The notes under the pieces: model-generated
The model's database searches: none
What the model was told of the DNA's origin: nothing
The model's input: the letters and a program-made list of their open reading frames with translations, nothing else
Assembly: GCA_963668315.1 (NCBI GenBank)
Contig: OY764216.1
Coordinates: 4,512,001-4,576,000 of the forward strand
DNA length: 64,000 nt
Direction: 5' to 3'
Source: Spirochaetia bacterium
Lineage (GTDB): Bacteria > Spirochaetota > Spirochaetia > DSM-2461
Position numbers and translations under genes: made by a program
Shown: one piece after another, positions 48,967-59,562 of the stretch
Layout: each line of letters starts with the position of its first letter
Numbering within the stretch: the stretch's first letter is position 1

Positions 48967-49887
48967 TTACTTATCGTAGGATTTTAGTATTTTTTTTGCT
49001 TGTTCTACTATACGCGTTCTTATATGCTCAGGAGATACTATTTTAATTCCATCACCAAGACTGAGGAGAAAAGCAAACCACAATCGCTCTTCTTCTAATA
49101 CATAAGCCGATCCTCTGAATGTTTCATCATCAACTTTTTCCAGGTCTACTACTGAAAGATACTCCTTTATAGCAGAGAGAGAAGATTTAGTGCAAAAGAA
49201 ATGAACAACTGTGCCTGTCCTAGCATTCTTTTCTATAAGATAATTAAATATTCTTGCCGGATTCCCATGATCGATTCCGGAAAATGCTTTAATTGCACGA
49301 ATCCTGTCCATCCGTATTAACTTGAATATCCTGTAGTCTTGATTCTTCTTATCATAAGCAACCATATACCAGGCATACCACCGAAACTCCAACCCTATTG
49401 GTTCAGCAACTTTACTGCTCCCCTTACCCGACCCGTTTGTATAATAAAACTCAACAGCTCCATTATTAGTAATAATCTTTCTGATAGTAACTAACGCTTC
49501 ATTTTGCTCCTTCTTCTCCCTGGCAATAGAGAAATCGACTCTTACAGGATTATTATCAATCTCTCCGTGAAGGCTCTTTATCTTTTCCAAAGTATCCGTA
49601 ATAGTTTTGTCTTCAAAGACTGTATTGAGCGATAGTAGGGACTGTTTAATGTGCTCAATGTCCTTTGCAGTTGCCGATTGTTTAGAAAAGCCGTATGTAT
49701 CCAGGATTTTATATCCTCCATAGGTTCCTCTCTCAGAAATTATAGGTATTCCCGCCATATTAATCGTATCAATATCCCTTTGGATTGTTCTCTCGGATAC
49801 TTCGAATTCTCCAGCCAATTGGGCACAGGTGGCTTTTTCTCGATTGAGAAGATATGTGACGATGGCAAGTAATCGATCAATTCTCAT
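48967..49887 (-). CDS. YafY-family HTH-WYL-WCX transcriptional regulator
   Basis: MRIDRLLAI, FEVSERTIQRDI, G..GGY, WYM...YRIFKLIRM. Confidence 0.92.
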   Translation of the reverse strand: MRIDRLLAIVTYLLNREKATCAQLAGEFEVSERTIQRDIDTINMAGIPIISERGTYGGYKILDTYGFSKQSATAKDIEHIKQSLLSLNTVFEDKTITDTLEKIKSLHGEIDNNPVRVDFSIAREKKEQNEALVTIRKIITNNGAVEFYYTNGSGKGSSKVAEPIGLEFRWYAWYMVAYDKKNQDYRIFKLIRMDRIRAIKAFSGIDHGNPARIFNYLIEKNARTGTVVHFFCTKSSLSAIKEYLSVVDLEKVDDETFRGSAYVLEEERLWFAFLLSLGDGIKIVSPEHIRTRIVEQAKKILKSYDK

Positions 49888-50045
49888 AGGAAATCATGAA
49901 TATTTTTATACTCCCTGCATAGGCAAGTAATTAGGATGAATCAGATATTTTATCATAGAAGAGATGATTAGAATAAAAAACAAATACAACAGAGAATAAA
50001 AAAAATACCAAAAAACTTAAACTATCTGGGTAGAGTTTATGAATC

Positions 50046-50693
50046 CTAAAATTTCTTCACTCCATAAATAAGAATCTTTAAATATTCTTCCATAACATCA
50101 TTAAGATCTTTTCCTTTAAACTCAAATAGCAAAGTTCCTCTTAAAAGAAATCGATGATGCATCGCCCGGACTCCATTATTTATGATATCTCCAAAAAACT
50201 GTGCGGGGATGTCTGAACGAATTGATCCGTCATTCTGCCCTTCAGTAATATACTCCTGCAATAATAAGTCTGACGCTCCCATGATGAATAATTCTTCGAA
50301 CTCTTTCCTAAATTCATCAGAAATACGTGACTCTGAATAGATCGTATCGAACTCTGAAATGAATCTGTATATTTTAACCATATCAGAAGAGAGCCAACGA
50401 AGCCTTAATAATGTCTCAACCTTCAATAAGCCGTTAGTCATCTTCTCACAAGCAGTTCTGATTCGACCTTCCAACATTTGGATATCTTCAATAAGTATCT
50501 TGAAAACAGCAAGACTCAGAAACTCTTTATCAAGAAAATACCGATAGAGAGAAGTACGACTGATATTAATCTCATCAGCGATTTCCTTCATTTTTGTTGT
50601 TTCTAGTCCTTTCTCCAAAAACATCTTTTTTGCGATATGGATAATCTTTTCACGAGTCTCTTCAACTTGATAAATCATGCGATCAGTTTTCAT
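50046..50693 (-). CDS. TetR/AcrR-family regulator
   Basis: MKEIADEINISRTSLYRYFLDKE. Confidence 0.9.
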   Translation of the reverse strand: MKTDRMIYQVEETREKIIHIAKKMFLEKGLETTKMKEIADEINISRTSLYRYFLDKEFLSLAVFKILIEDIQMLEGRIRTACEKMTNGLLKVETLLRLRWLSSDMVKIYRFISEFDTIYSESRISDEFRKEFEELFIMGASDLLLQEYITEGQNDGSIRSDIPAQFFGDIINNGVRAMHHRFLLRGTLLFEFKGKDLNDVMEEYLKILIYGVKKF

Positions 50694-51873
50694 AAGCTAT
50701 AGCTCCCATATCATCAGTAATCATTCGTAATCGCTCAAAACAAACAATAAGAAATACAATATATCCCAGCAAAAAAACAGGTAGTAAATATAAGGTTCTT
50801 TCACTGGCGATAAAACCAAATAAGGGAGGTAGAAAGGTAGCCCCCATATAAGCAACAGCCATTTGGAATCCCATTATTGCCTGGGAATTCTCTTTCCCAA
50901 ACCGTACGGGAGTTTCATGAAGCATAGACGGGAAGATCGGAGCAAGGCCGAAACCAACCATAAGAAATCCCAGTAAAGTCAGGGGCAAAGATAAGGGAAG
51001 AAGCATTAGTAAAATACCTGAAAGTACGATTATTGCGCCCCTGCGAATTAATGTATTATTCGACCATCTGTAAGTTAGGAATCCAGTAAGAAATCGTCCC
51101 AAGGTAATACTTCCAAAAAAGAAGGATACCCAGCTAGCAGTTTCTGCCGGGTTTAATCCCTTTACCTTAAACAGAAAAGAGCCACCCCAAAGCCCCATAG
51201 AAGATTCAATGCCGCAATAGAAAAGAAAGACAAGGAGCGCCATCGGGACTCCTTTAATTTTCAGTGCTCCCAGAAAGGAAACTTGATCACCAGGCTCTGT
51301 CACTCCTTTGGTAGATTTTCGGGATTTGACCTTGTCCCAAAGTGGAATCGCGGCAATAAGCACAAAAACCAGAATGCACTGGAATATCCCCACACTCCGG
51401 TACCCCGATCTCCAGGGAAAGCCCTTATGCAAAAGAACGGAAAGAATCATTGGTCCACCCAGTGCACCGACTCCCCAAAAACTATGAAGCCAGCTCATAT
51501 GCCGGGACTCGTAATGATCCGCCACATAGGCATTGAGGCCGGCATCAACTGCACCTGCTCCCAAGCCGAGAGGTATGGCAGCGGGAAGTATCCATAGAAA
51601 GGAAGGAGCTAATGAAAATCCCAGAAGAGCAGCCGCAGTAAGTGCAACACTTAATGTGGTAAGCTTCCCCGTGCCGAAGCGCTTTAGAAGAAGACCGGAA
51701 AACATACTGGAAAGAATGGTTCCCCCTGAGATGATGACTTGTATAAATCCAGCAAATCCATAGGGAACATTCAAATCCGGCTGCATTACCGGCCAACCAG
51801 AGCCGAGAAGAGCGTCGGGAAGTCCCAGACTGATAAATGCGATGTAAATAATAATTAATAGAAGAGTTGCCAT
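50683..51873 (-). CDS. MFS transporter
   Basis: IAFISLGLPD, GAGAVDAGLN, multiple TM segments. Confidence 0.9.
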   Translation of the reverse strand: MATLLLIIIYIAFISLGLPDALLGSGWPVMQPDLNVPYGFAGFIQVIISGGTILSSMFSGLLLKRFGTGKLTTLSVALTAAALLGFSLAPSFLWILPAAIPLGLGAGAVDAGLNAYVADHYESRHMSWLHSFWGVGALGGPMILSVLLHKGFPWRSGYRSVGIFQCILVFVLIAAIPLWDKVKSRKSTKGVTEPGDQVSFLGALKIKGVPMALLVFLFYCGIESSMGLWGGSFLFKVKGLNPAETASWVSFFFGSITLGRFLTGFLTYRWSNNTLIRRGAIIVLSGILLMLLPLSLPLTLLGFLMVGFGLAPIFPSMLHETPVRFGKENSQAIMGFQMAVAYMGATFLPPLFGFIASERTLYLLPVFLLGYIVFLIVCFERLRMITDDMGAIAYEN

Positions 51874-51884
51874 ATTTATATTCC

Positions 51885-52880
51885 TTATTGTTCCAGAATT
51901 TCCAGGATTCGTTTGGTTAAACCCCTTTCATAATCCAGGTTGAAGTCATTAGCAAGTGAAATTTCAGGGTAAATTCTTTCAGGTAGATTCCTTTTTACTT
52001 CTTCCTTTATTGCCAATAGATAATCATCATTGAGAAACTCTCCAAATAGAACGATTGAATCAGGATCGAGAACTGCCGTCATACTGAGAATCACCTTTGA
52101 TGCTGCTGAAGAAAAATCAGGCATAGAATCAGCGAGGTCAGCTCCCCATTTAATCTCAAGTGGCAACCAGGAAACTTCACCGGCGAAATGCCTGTTTCCC
52201 TTAAGGAGTTTTCCATTAATTTTAATACCTGCACCGGGAGGATACTTTCTGGGAAAATAAAGATAAATCTCGGTTATGTCAGTATCATCCTTTCGACTAT
52301 GTCCCAGTACAGCAGCATTCACGTCATTCTCAACAATAACAGGCAGATGGAACTTATCCTTAATCAACTCCACAATAGAGATGCCCATGAGCTGTTGGTA
52401 ATCCATAACCACAATCTCACCTTCGAGTTCAATACCCGGGATTCCAATACTGATAGCGGATATTGATGAATATTTCTCTATGCATCCTGTTATGGCATCC
52501 TCAAAACATAACCAGGAAACATCTATCAGTGGCTCAAGGGATTCTATGACCTTGCCATGAAGATCTATAACCCTTATACAAACAGAGTCCAGGCCATTTA
52601 TTTCTCTTGTGTAGATGATTAGCCCTAGTTTTGCCCTTTCATTAAAGACATACTGTGTAGACGGTCTTCCTCCGTTTGAAGGAGTCAGTTCCCCTATCAG
52701 GACACGGTTCTGCTCTATTAAATCATTAAGAATACCTTTAACGGTAACTACGGTTAAACCTGTTCGGGTTGCCAGTTCTTTTATAGTAGAGACCTTTCTT
52801 AGTTTCAGTTCCTGGAGAATAACCTTCGTATTGAATTCTTTGACAATTAGAGTATTCACACCTTTATCAGAATCTTTCAT
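51885..52880 (-). CDS. ROK-family transcriptional regulator
   Basis: N-terminal HTH, SNGGRP, IGIPG, VENDVNAA. Confidence 0.9.
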   Translation of the reverse strand: MKDSDKGVNTLIVKEFNTKVILQELKLRKVSTIKELATRTGLTVVTVKGILNDLIEQNRVLIGELTPSNGGRPSTQYVFNERAKLGLIIYTREINGLDSVCIRVIDLHGKVIESLEPLIDVSWLCFEDAITGCIEKYSSISAISIGIPGIELEGEIVVMDYQQLMGISIVELIKDKFHLPVIVENDVNAAVLGHSRKDDTDITEIYLYFPRKYPPGAGIKINGKLLKGNRHFAGEVSWLPLEIKWGADLADSMPDFSSAASKVILSMTAVLDPDSIVLFGEFLNDDYLLAIKEEVKRNLPERIYPEISLANDFNLDYERGLTKRILEILEQ

Positions 52881-53194
52881 ACACCTCTTTTTATATGTCC
52901 TTTAATTATAAGTCAAGAGTAATCAACAGGAAAATTGATGTGATCTGGGTTATTTATTCCTTTACATGATTTCAAGAGGACGGCACCTAAATCATTTCAC
53001 ACTGTTACGATCCATTAGCTACAGTCTATTCTAAATTTCTTAGTAGTATCATCCCAGAATAGAAAGACAAAAAATATGCTATACTTGGTTAAGCTATAAA
53101 CAAGAGAATCTCTGCCCTTTACAATTTTACTTAAAGCTTAGTAAAGGGTAATACATATTTAATATATAATAATGTGATTTGATGAAGTGCATTT

Positions 53195-53611
53195 ATGGGA
53201 GATATACCATTGAGTTTAACAAAAGAGAAAGAAATAGATATTTATGTATCTGACCTTGGGAGAGCAATAGTTTTTTATGAAGAGCTATTAGAAGTTAAAA
53301 TTGAGAGAAGATTTGATGATCGTTGGGCTTTTTTTCCCGATAGTAAACTTTTTTTACTAAGCTATACTTACGATAATAAAAATAATATACCCAAAACTTC
53401 TCATCAAGCTACAAGAAAACCAGGTAATTCATGTATTCCAGTTTTCCATACAAGTGACATTAATAACGAGCATTCAAGAATAGAGTTATTATCCCATAAT
53501 GTTAGTGAAATCTGTTTTTTGAATGTAATAAAACCTTATTACTTTTTCACATTTATGGATCCCGATAATAATATTTTAGAAATAGGTAACTATCCCAAAT
53601 TAACAGCATGA
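53195..53611 (+). CDS. VOC/glyoxalase-family protein
   Basis: VSDLGRAIVFYEELL, FMDPDNNILEI. Confidence 0.85.
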   Translation: MGDIPLSLTKEKEIDIYVSDLGRAIVFYEELLEVKIERRFDDRWAFFPDSKLFLLSYTYDNKNNIPKTSHQATRKPGNSCIPVFHTSDINNEHSRIELLSHNVSEICFLNVIKPYYFFTFMDPDNNILEIGNYPKLTA

Positions 53612-53670
53612 ATGTAGTAATAATACTCATAGTATGAGAAATAATCATTTATCCCTAGGAGATTCATAAA

Positions 53671-55866
53671 TTGAAAGATGGCCTGAATAAAATAAAAATA
53701 TATTTTCTTAGTACTTATATCATCTTCCTTATCCTTCCTTTGTCAATCCTCCTCTTCTTCATACCGAAACTCCTTGAATTATCAAAGGAAAGAGCAATTA
53801 ATACTATGGATGAAAACCTAAATAAGGCAGGCTACGTTCTTGATCTAACTTTTGACGAGATAGATCGTATGGTTGATCAGGTGCAGTACTTTCCCGACTT
53901 TGAGAAGATTACATCCCTTGAAAAACCCAAGTACGGAGAATCAGAGAGTCCATGGCAGCTAATCCTGTTTCAAAAAATGTTTCGCCCTCTTACTGTTCAG
54001 AATGCCCTAATTTACCACTATTTTCTGGTGACCTTTCCCAATGGATTTGTTCTGAATAATAGTCAGATAATTACAGATTTGGATTTTTTCTATACAAATA
54101 TCTTCCATTATAAAGACTGGACGCGTGGAGAATGGGAGAATGAAATACAGCTTGAGACAGGATCAAAATTCATACCTGAAATGGATATATACCTCAGCCG
54201 TGATGGTGAAAATGCCAAAGAGAATAGCCGGATGATCTCCTATGTACATTCAGTCATAGTAAATAGATCAAGCGATATAAAACATAGTTTTTCTGCCATC
54301 TTTCTACTGGATGAAGATTATTTACAGGAACTGCTCCAATTCTCCCAGTATAATGGATTGGGTTCAGTCGCTCTCTATGATAAAAAAGGAAGACTCCTTG
54401 CAGCAGATAATGGCTGGCAGGCGTTCTCTGATAAAGATTTCACCCTTATGGTAAACAATATATCAGGAGAGATTCTTCTCAATGGCGAAAAATATCTTTA
54501 TGGTTCCCTTACTTCTGTCTCTCACGATTATGTATTACTCTCCTGTATCCCGCTTAAGGATCTCTTTCACGAAATTAATACGTTCATCCGTATCCTCTTT
54601 TTAATGCTGATCATAGTTCTCATAACTGGGACCACCACGGCCTGGGTTCTTTCAGGACGACAATATCGAGGATTATCTCGTTCTTTGCAACTTGTGGATA
54701 TGAATAATTTAAGGAGCTATAAAATATCTGAAATATTTGAAGTTCTAAACGATAGACTAGCTCAAAGGAATCTAGAATATCTCTTACAGAAGGATAGGAT
54801 TAATACATACCACTTACGAATGCTTCTTAATGGCGAATGGTCAGATTCACCCCACAGAGAAAAGATACTGGAAAACCTTAACCTAACAATAGACACTCCC
54901 TGCCAGGTAGCTCTTGTTAATCAGAGCCAAAAAGCTTTGTCTCTCAGCTCCCATTGTCTTACGCCCTGTCAGCTTACCGACGATTACACAGCCCTGATAT
55001 ATACAGGGATCAATACAAATATAATTATAGAAGAAGATTTAAAGAAACTGGAGAATCAATATGAGAAGGAAGGAAATCTCCTGACAGCCTCAATCGGACC
55101 GTCTGTATCAAATCTATCTGATCTTCCCTTTTCCTATCAACAAGCCCGAAAGGGCTATTCTCACACCAGTCCAATAAATAGAATCATACGCACAGAAGAA
55201 GAGCATTATGAAACTAGTAAGCTTATTTTTTCCATGGAATATGAAAATCGGTTGATAAATGCTACGTTGGCCGGGAATGTACAACTACTTTCCGAACTCA
55301 TATCTTCTCTTTTTCGTGATAACAATGATATTCTGAGCCAGTCTTTAGAAGCTCTACAGAACTTTCAAGGCCAGCTTATGGGCACATTCAGTCGTGTCAT
55401 AGACATGTCTGGCATAGATATTCCCGAATTTAATACTTCTAACCAAGCCCTCTCTCCTGATGATCTGGAGTCTAAAATATGTACATTATTTCTCTCTGTT
55501 GCCAAAAGGAGAGAAGCAGCTAAACGCAGTCACAACGAAGAACTCCTGAATGAGATTGATCAGTATATAGATCATCATTTTTCAAATATTATGACTAATG
55601 GTAATGCCATAGCAGCCCATTGTCGAATATCCGTCACTTATCTTTCTTCCTTTCTCAAGGAGCAGAGAGGTGTCTCCTATGGAAAATTATTGGAAAACCG
55701 TCGTATGAAAGAAGCAGAGAAGCTTCTAAGTGAAGAAAATACCTCAATAGGCAATATTGCTCTACGTTGCGGTTATGAAAATGCAGGAAGTTTCAGAAGA
55801 AGATTCAAGGTTGTATTCGGACTATCACCTGGAGAATTCAGAGATAAAAAAACTACCGATTCATAA
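53671..55866 (+). CDS. Membrane-anchored AraC regulator (YesS-like)
   Basis: Two TM segments flanking sensor region; C-terminal IALRCGYENAGSFRRRFK. Confidence 0.85.
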   Translation: MKDGLNKIKIYFLSTYIIFLILPLSILLFFIPKLLELSKERAINTMDENLNKAGYVLDLTFDEIDRMVDQVQYFPDFEKITSLEKPKYGESESPWQLILFQKMFRPLTVQNALIYHYFLVTFPNGFVLNNSQIITDLDFFYTNIFHYKDWTRGEWENEIQLETGSKFIPEMDIYLSRDGENAKENSRMISYVHSVIVNRSSDIKHSFSAIFLLDEDYLQELLQFSQYNGLGSVALYDKKGRLLAADNGWQAFSDKDFTLMVNNISGEILLNGEKYLYGSLTSVSHDYVLLSCIPLKDLFHEINTFIRILFLMLIIVLITGTTTAWVLSGRQYRGLSRSLQLVDMNNLRSYKISEIFEVLNDRLAQRNLEYLLQKDRINTYHLRMLLNGEWSDSPHREKILENLNLTIDTPCQVALVNQSQKALSLSSHCLTPCQLTDDYTALIYTGINTNIIIEEDLKKLENQYEKEGNLLTASIGPSVSNLSDLPFSYQQARKGYSHTSPINRIIRTEEEHYETSKLIFSMEYENRLINATLAGNVQLLSELISSLFRDNNDILSQSLEALQNFQGQLMGTFSRVIDMSGIDIPEFNTSNQALSPDDLESKICTLFLSVAKRREAAKRSHNEELLNEIDQYIDHHFSNIMTNGNAIAAHCRISVTYLSSFLKEQRGVSYGKLLENRRMKEAEKLLSEENTSIGNIALRCGYENAGSFRRRFKVVFGLSPGEFRDKKTTDS

Positions 55867-55971
55867 CATTTGCACTAGTACTTTAAAAAAAGAGCTATCA
55901 ATTCTGAAAATAGGAATGTAATAGGAAAAACAGTTTCTTGTAGTTTTTTTTATTCATGCTAGCCTGTTCTC

Positions 55972-56892
55972 ATGAACATGACTAAAGCTAAATCACCCCT
56001 TAGGGAATCTCTAAAGAATCACCCGACGTTGTATCTTCTAATGTTGATTCCCTTTGCGTACATTATCATTTTTCAGTACGTACCTATGTACGGGCTGCTC
56101 ATCGCTTTCAAGAATTACTCACCTAGAAAAGGGATCTTAGGAAGCCCATGGATTGGATTTAAAAATTTCGAACTATTCATTAAATCCTACCAATTTAAAA
56201 GAGTTGTCCTCAATACCTTAGGACTAAGATTCTACCTTCTACTGGCCAGTTTTCCTTTTCCCGTATTATTGGCCCTTTCATTAAATGAAGTAAGAAACCA
56301 AAAGTATAAAAAAACAGTACAGATGATATCCTATCTACCCCATTTCATTTCTACCGTAGTTGTAGTGGGAATTCTTAACCAGTTTTTATCCTACAACGGC
56401 TTATTGAACAACATAAGAATAATGATGGGCCTGGAAAGAATAAGTCTGCTAAATATGCCTGAGCTTTTTAAAACCCTATACGTTCTATCCGATATATGGC
56501 AGACCGTTGGATACAGTAGTATCATATACTTAGCAGCACTTTCAGCGGTAAATGTCGACCTCTATGATGCGGGTAGAATCGATGGAATGAACATCTTTAA
56601 AAAGATTCTTTACATCGACATACCAACGATACTCCCCACGATAATCATCCTCTTTATTCTCAATGTTTCAAAGATTATGAACGTGGGTTTCGAAAAAGTC
56701 TTCCTCATGCAGAATAACCTGAATATGGCAACATCCGATGTGATCAATACATATGTATATCGGATTGGTATTCTCACAGGAAGTTACAGTTTTGCCACAG
56801 CAGTTGGGCTCTTCACTTCTATAATCAACAGTATCATCTTAATCACAGTAAATAAGATTTCTAAAACTATTTCGGAGACTAGTTTATGGTAA
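55972..56892 (+). CDS. Carbohydrate ABC transporter permease (LplB-like)
   Basis: YLPHFISTVVV, LYDAGRIDG. Confidence 0.92.
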   Translation: MNMTKAKSPLRESLKNHPTLYLLMLIPFAYIIIFQYVPMYGLLIAFKNYSPRKGILGSPWIGFKNFELFIKSYQFKRVVLNTLGLRFYLLLASFPFPVLLALSLNEVRNQKYKKTVQMISYLPHFISTVVVVGILNQFLSYNGLLNNIRIMMGLERISLLNMPELFKTLYVLSDIWQTVGYSSIIYLAALSAVNVDLYDAGRIDGMNIFKKILYIDIPTILPTIIILFILNVSKIMNVGFEKVFLMQNNLNMATSDVINTYVYRIGILTGSYSFATAVGLFTSIINSIILITVNKISKTISETSLW

Positions 56893-57785
56893 GCAAACTC
56901 ACTCAGGAAAGACTAACCCGATTCGATAGAATCGTTATAAGAATCAATGCAATACTACTAGGCCTAAGCCTCTTTATATTCCTTATTCCCATCATTAATG
57001 TACTATCAAACTCATTCAGTGATGCGCAAGCTGTCATGTCAGGACATGTGACTTTGTTACCCGTGGATTTTACTTTGGAGAGTTATAGTAAGGCTTTCTC
57101 CAATAAGGATGTTCTGACTGGATACTATAATTCGATCTTTTATACAACGGTCGGAACGATAATTAATCTTTCGGTTACAATTGCTGCGGCCTATCCCCTC
57201 TCAAGGAAAGTATTCTATGGAAGAGGCTTTTTCATGGCGATATTCACCTTCACCATGTTTTTCTCTGGCGGAATGATACCTTCCTACCTTCTAATAAAAA
57301 ACTTGGGTCTTCTTGATACCCGTCTTTCGATGCTTCTTCCTGTAGCTCTTAATGTTATGAATATGATAATAGCCAGGACGTTTTTTCAATCTTCGATACC
57401 TAACGATCTTTATGATTGTGCCTCTCTCGATGGCGCATCTGATATGCAAGTTCTTTTTCGTGTAGTTCTGCCTTTGTCAAAACCGATACTGGCTGTCCTA
57501 ACACTATACTATGCCGTTGCTCATTGGAACTCATTCTTTAATGGGCTCATATATCTGGACTCGGGAAAGCTTTTTCCTCTTCAGTTAATTCTTAGAGAGT
57601 ACTTGTTTGCGGGAGTTGACAGTATGGAACTGACTGATAACGAACAGTTTATGAAAGCGCTGGCGGAGAAAGAGGTTCTTAAATACTCACTGATAGTAGT
57701 GGGCTCCCTTCCAGTTATAATCCTTTATCCCTTCATTCAAAAATACTTTAACAAGGGAATCATGATCGGATCACTTAAAGGTTAA
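56886..57785 (+). CDS. Carbohydrate ABC transporter permease
   Basis: MFFSGGMIP, ASLDGAS, YPFIQKYF. Confidence 0.92.
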   Translation: MVSKLTQERLTRFDRIVIRINAILLGLSLFIFLIPIINVLSNSFSDAQAVMSGHVTLLPVDFTLESYSKAFSNKDVLTGYYNSIFYTTVGTIINLSVTIAAAYPLSRKVFYGRGFFMAIFTFTMFFSGGMIPSYLLIKNLGLLDTRLSMLLPVALNVMNMIIARTFFQSSIPNDLYDCASLDGASDMQVLFRVVLPLSKPILAVLTLYYAVAHWNSFFNGLIYLDSGKLFPLQLILREYLFAGVDSMELTDNEQFMKALAEKEVLKYSLIVVGSLPVIILYPFIQKYFNKGIMIGSLKG

Positions 57786-57850
57786 GAGAGAGAACAACTC
57801 TCTTAAAAATATATTATAATTGTCATAAGACAATAGCGTTAGGAGGAAAA

Positions 57851-59491
57851 ATGCGTAAAACGTTGTTATTATTGTCGCTTCTGCTTCTCTGTCTTGCCTG
57901 GCTATCAGCCAACGGTGATACAGAGAGTTCCGCAGGAAAAAATGGAGCTCTAGTGAACCCCAAGGGTACATTTCCTATTGTAGATGAACCTGTATCACTT
58001 TCTCTCTTTACGAATGTTGGTGATGAGATATATGCCAATGGTATGACGGAGTGGTATCAGGAGAAAACGAATGTAAACATTGAATGGATTCGTGTTCCCC
58101 GCAGCAGTTACGTGGAAAAATTAAAAATCAAGATGAATACTCAAGATCTTCCGGACATTATCCGTATGGAAGGTTTTTCAGGCGGAGAAAGCTATAAATT
58201 TATTGAAGATGGTTTCTTTTACCCAATAAGCGATTTATATGGTCAGTATAGCGAATACACGGAAGAATGGCAGAAAGAAGAACCCCTCATGTTTAAGCCG
58301 ACCTTAGGGTCTGATGGGAAAACCTATGGATGGCCCTATAGGCTGACAAGCGGCGGAGATCAGTTCAGAGACAATCTCTTTATTGAAAGGAACTGGCTTG
58401 ATGCGGTTGGAATGAAGGTCCCCACGACAACCGAAGAACTCTATGATGTCTTGAAAGCTTTCAAAACACAGGATGCTAATGGAAATGGTGATCCCAGTGA
58501 TGAAATACCTTTCTCAACCTGTAATTTAAGACCGGTATATTCGGGGCCCTTTATCTCTGCGTTCATGACTTCCCCATCAGACAAGAGTCTCTTTCTGGGA
58601 GTCCAAAATGGGAAAGTGTACATCAGTCGGGCGACTGAGGAATACCGTGATGCATTACGGTATCTGAATAAGTTATGGAAAGAAGGTTTGATCTACCCGG
58701 AAAGCTTCACACAAGATAGAGGGACACAGTGGAAACTGAACGAGCAATTTCCCGATTACAATATGATAGGTGTATTTCAGGGAATGCATTTCAACTATGC
58801 CATGAACTGGGAAAGTGACCGCTGGATGGATTATGCCGAAGTTCCCATTCTTAAGGGACCCCAAGGAGTTCAAGTTGCGGCCTGGAGATCTCCTGAACTC
58901 ACATCCCGCCTCAATACAGTAATATCTGCAGAGACGGCCTATCCCGAAGTAGCGTTCCGTTGGATTGACTGGCTACAGGGAGAAGAAGGAAGTCTGACCA
59001 TGGAAGTTGGGCTTAAGGGAGTTCACTACAGAGATGCTCAACCCGGAGAAACAAATAATCGTGGAAGTAAGGCTGTTTATACAGAAATCACCAATAACGA
59101 GGTAACACCATTTGCCTGGGGAGAACTCGTGGTAGAGCATTGGGGTGGAAATCGTTTTGATGAGTTGATGGCTGCTGCAGTAGACAAGAGAAATCAAGAT
59201 GGCTTGGGAAAGAGCCAAATACTTGAAAAGCATGCTATTGACTCTATGAAGTATGCTCCTGCACTTGATACTCTATGGCCTGAAAATCTACCGATATCTC
59301 CCGATATGGCAGCAGAATATGGCGTACTTAATACGAACCTAACAGACCTCATTAATGAACATGCAACAGAATTCGTAGTAGGAACTAAGGACATAGAAAA
59401 GGACTGGGATACGTACTTAAAAGAACTGGACAATGCAGGTGCTGATCGCTTCCTGGATATGAGTCAAGAACTTTACGACACCTATTATTAA
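57851..59491 (+). CDS. Sugar ABC extracellular solute-binding protein
   Basis: Signal peptide; PTTTEELYDVLKAFKTQDANGNG..DEIP. Confidence 0.92.
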   Translation: MRKTLLLLSLLLLCLAWLSANGDTESSAGKNGALVNPKGTFPIVDEPVSLSLFTNVGDEIYANGMTEWYQEKTNVNIEWIRVPRSSYVEKLKIKMNTQDLPDIIRMEGFSGGESYKFIEDGFFYPISDLYGQYSEYTEEWQKEEPLMFKPTLGSDGKTYGWPYRLTSGGDQFRDNLFIERNWLDAVGMKVPTTTEELYDVLKAFKTQDANGNGDPSDEIPFSTCNLRPVYSGPFISAFMTSPSDKSLFLGVQNGKVYISRATEEYRDALRYLNKLWKEGLIYPESFTQDRGTQWKLNEQFPDYNMIGVFQGMHFNYAMNWESDRWMDYAEVPILKGPQGVQVAAWRSPELTSRLNTVISAETAYPEVAFRWIDWLQGEEGSLTMEVGLKGVHYRDAQPGETNNRGSKAVYTEITNNEVTPFAWGELVVEHWGGNRFDELMAAAVDKRNQDGLGKSQILEKHAIDSMKYAPALDTLWPENLPISPDMAAEYGVLNTNLTDLINEHATEFVVGTKDIEKDWDTYLKELDNAGADRFLDMSQELYDTYY

Positions 59492-59512
59492 TAAAAGATA
59501 GGCCCAAAACCT

Positions 59513-59537
59513 ACCCGCCCTTGAAGGGCGGGTTTTT
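59513..59537 (+). terminator. Rho-independent terminator after SBP gene
   Basis: ACCCGCCC-TTGAA-GGGCGGGT-TTTT. Confidence 0.8.
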
Positions 59538-59562
59538 CTTATCGATGAAAAGGAGAGAGAAT

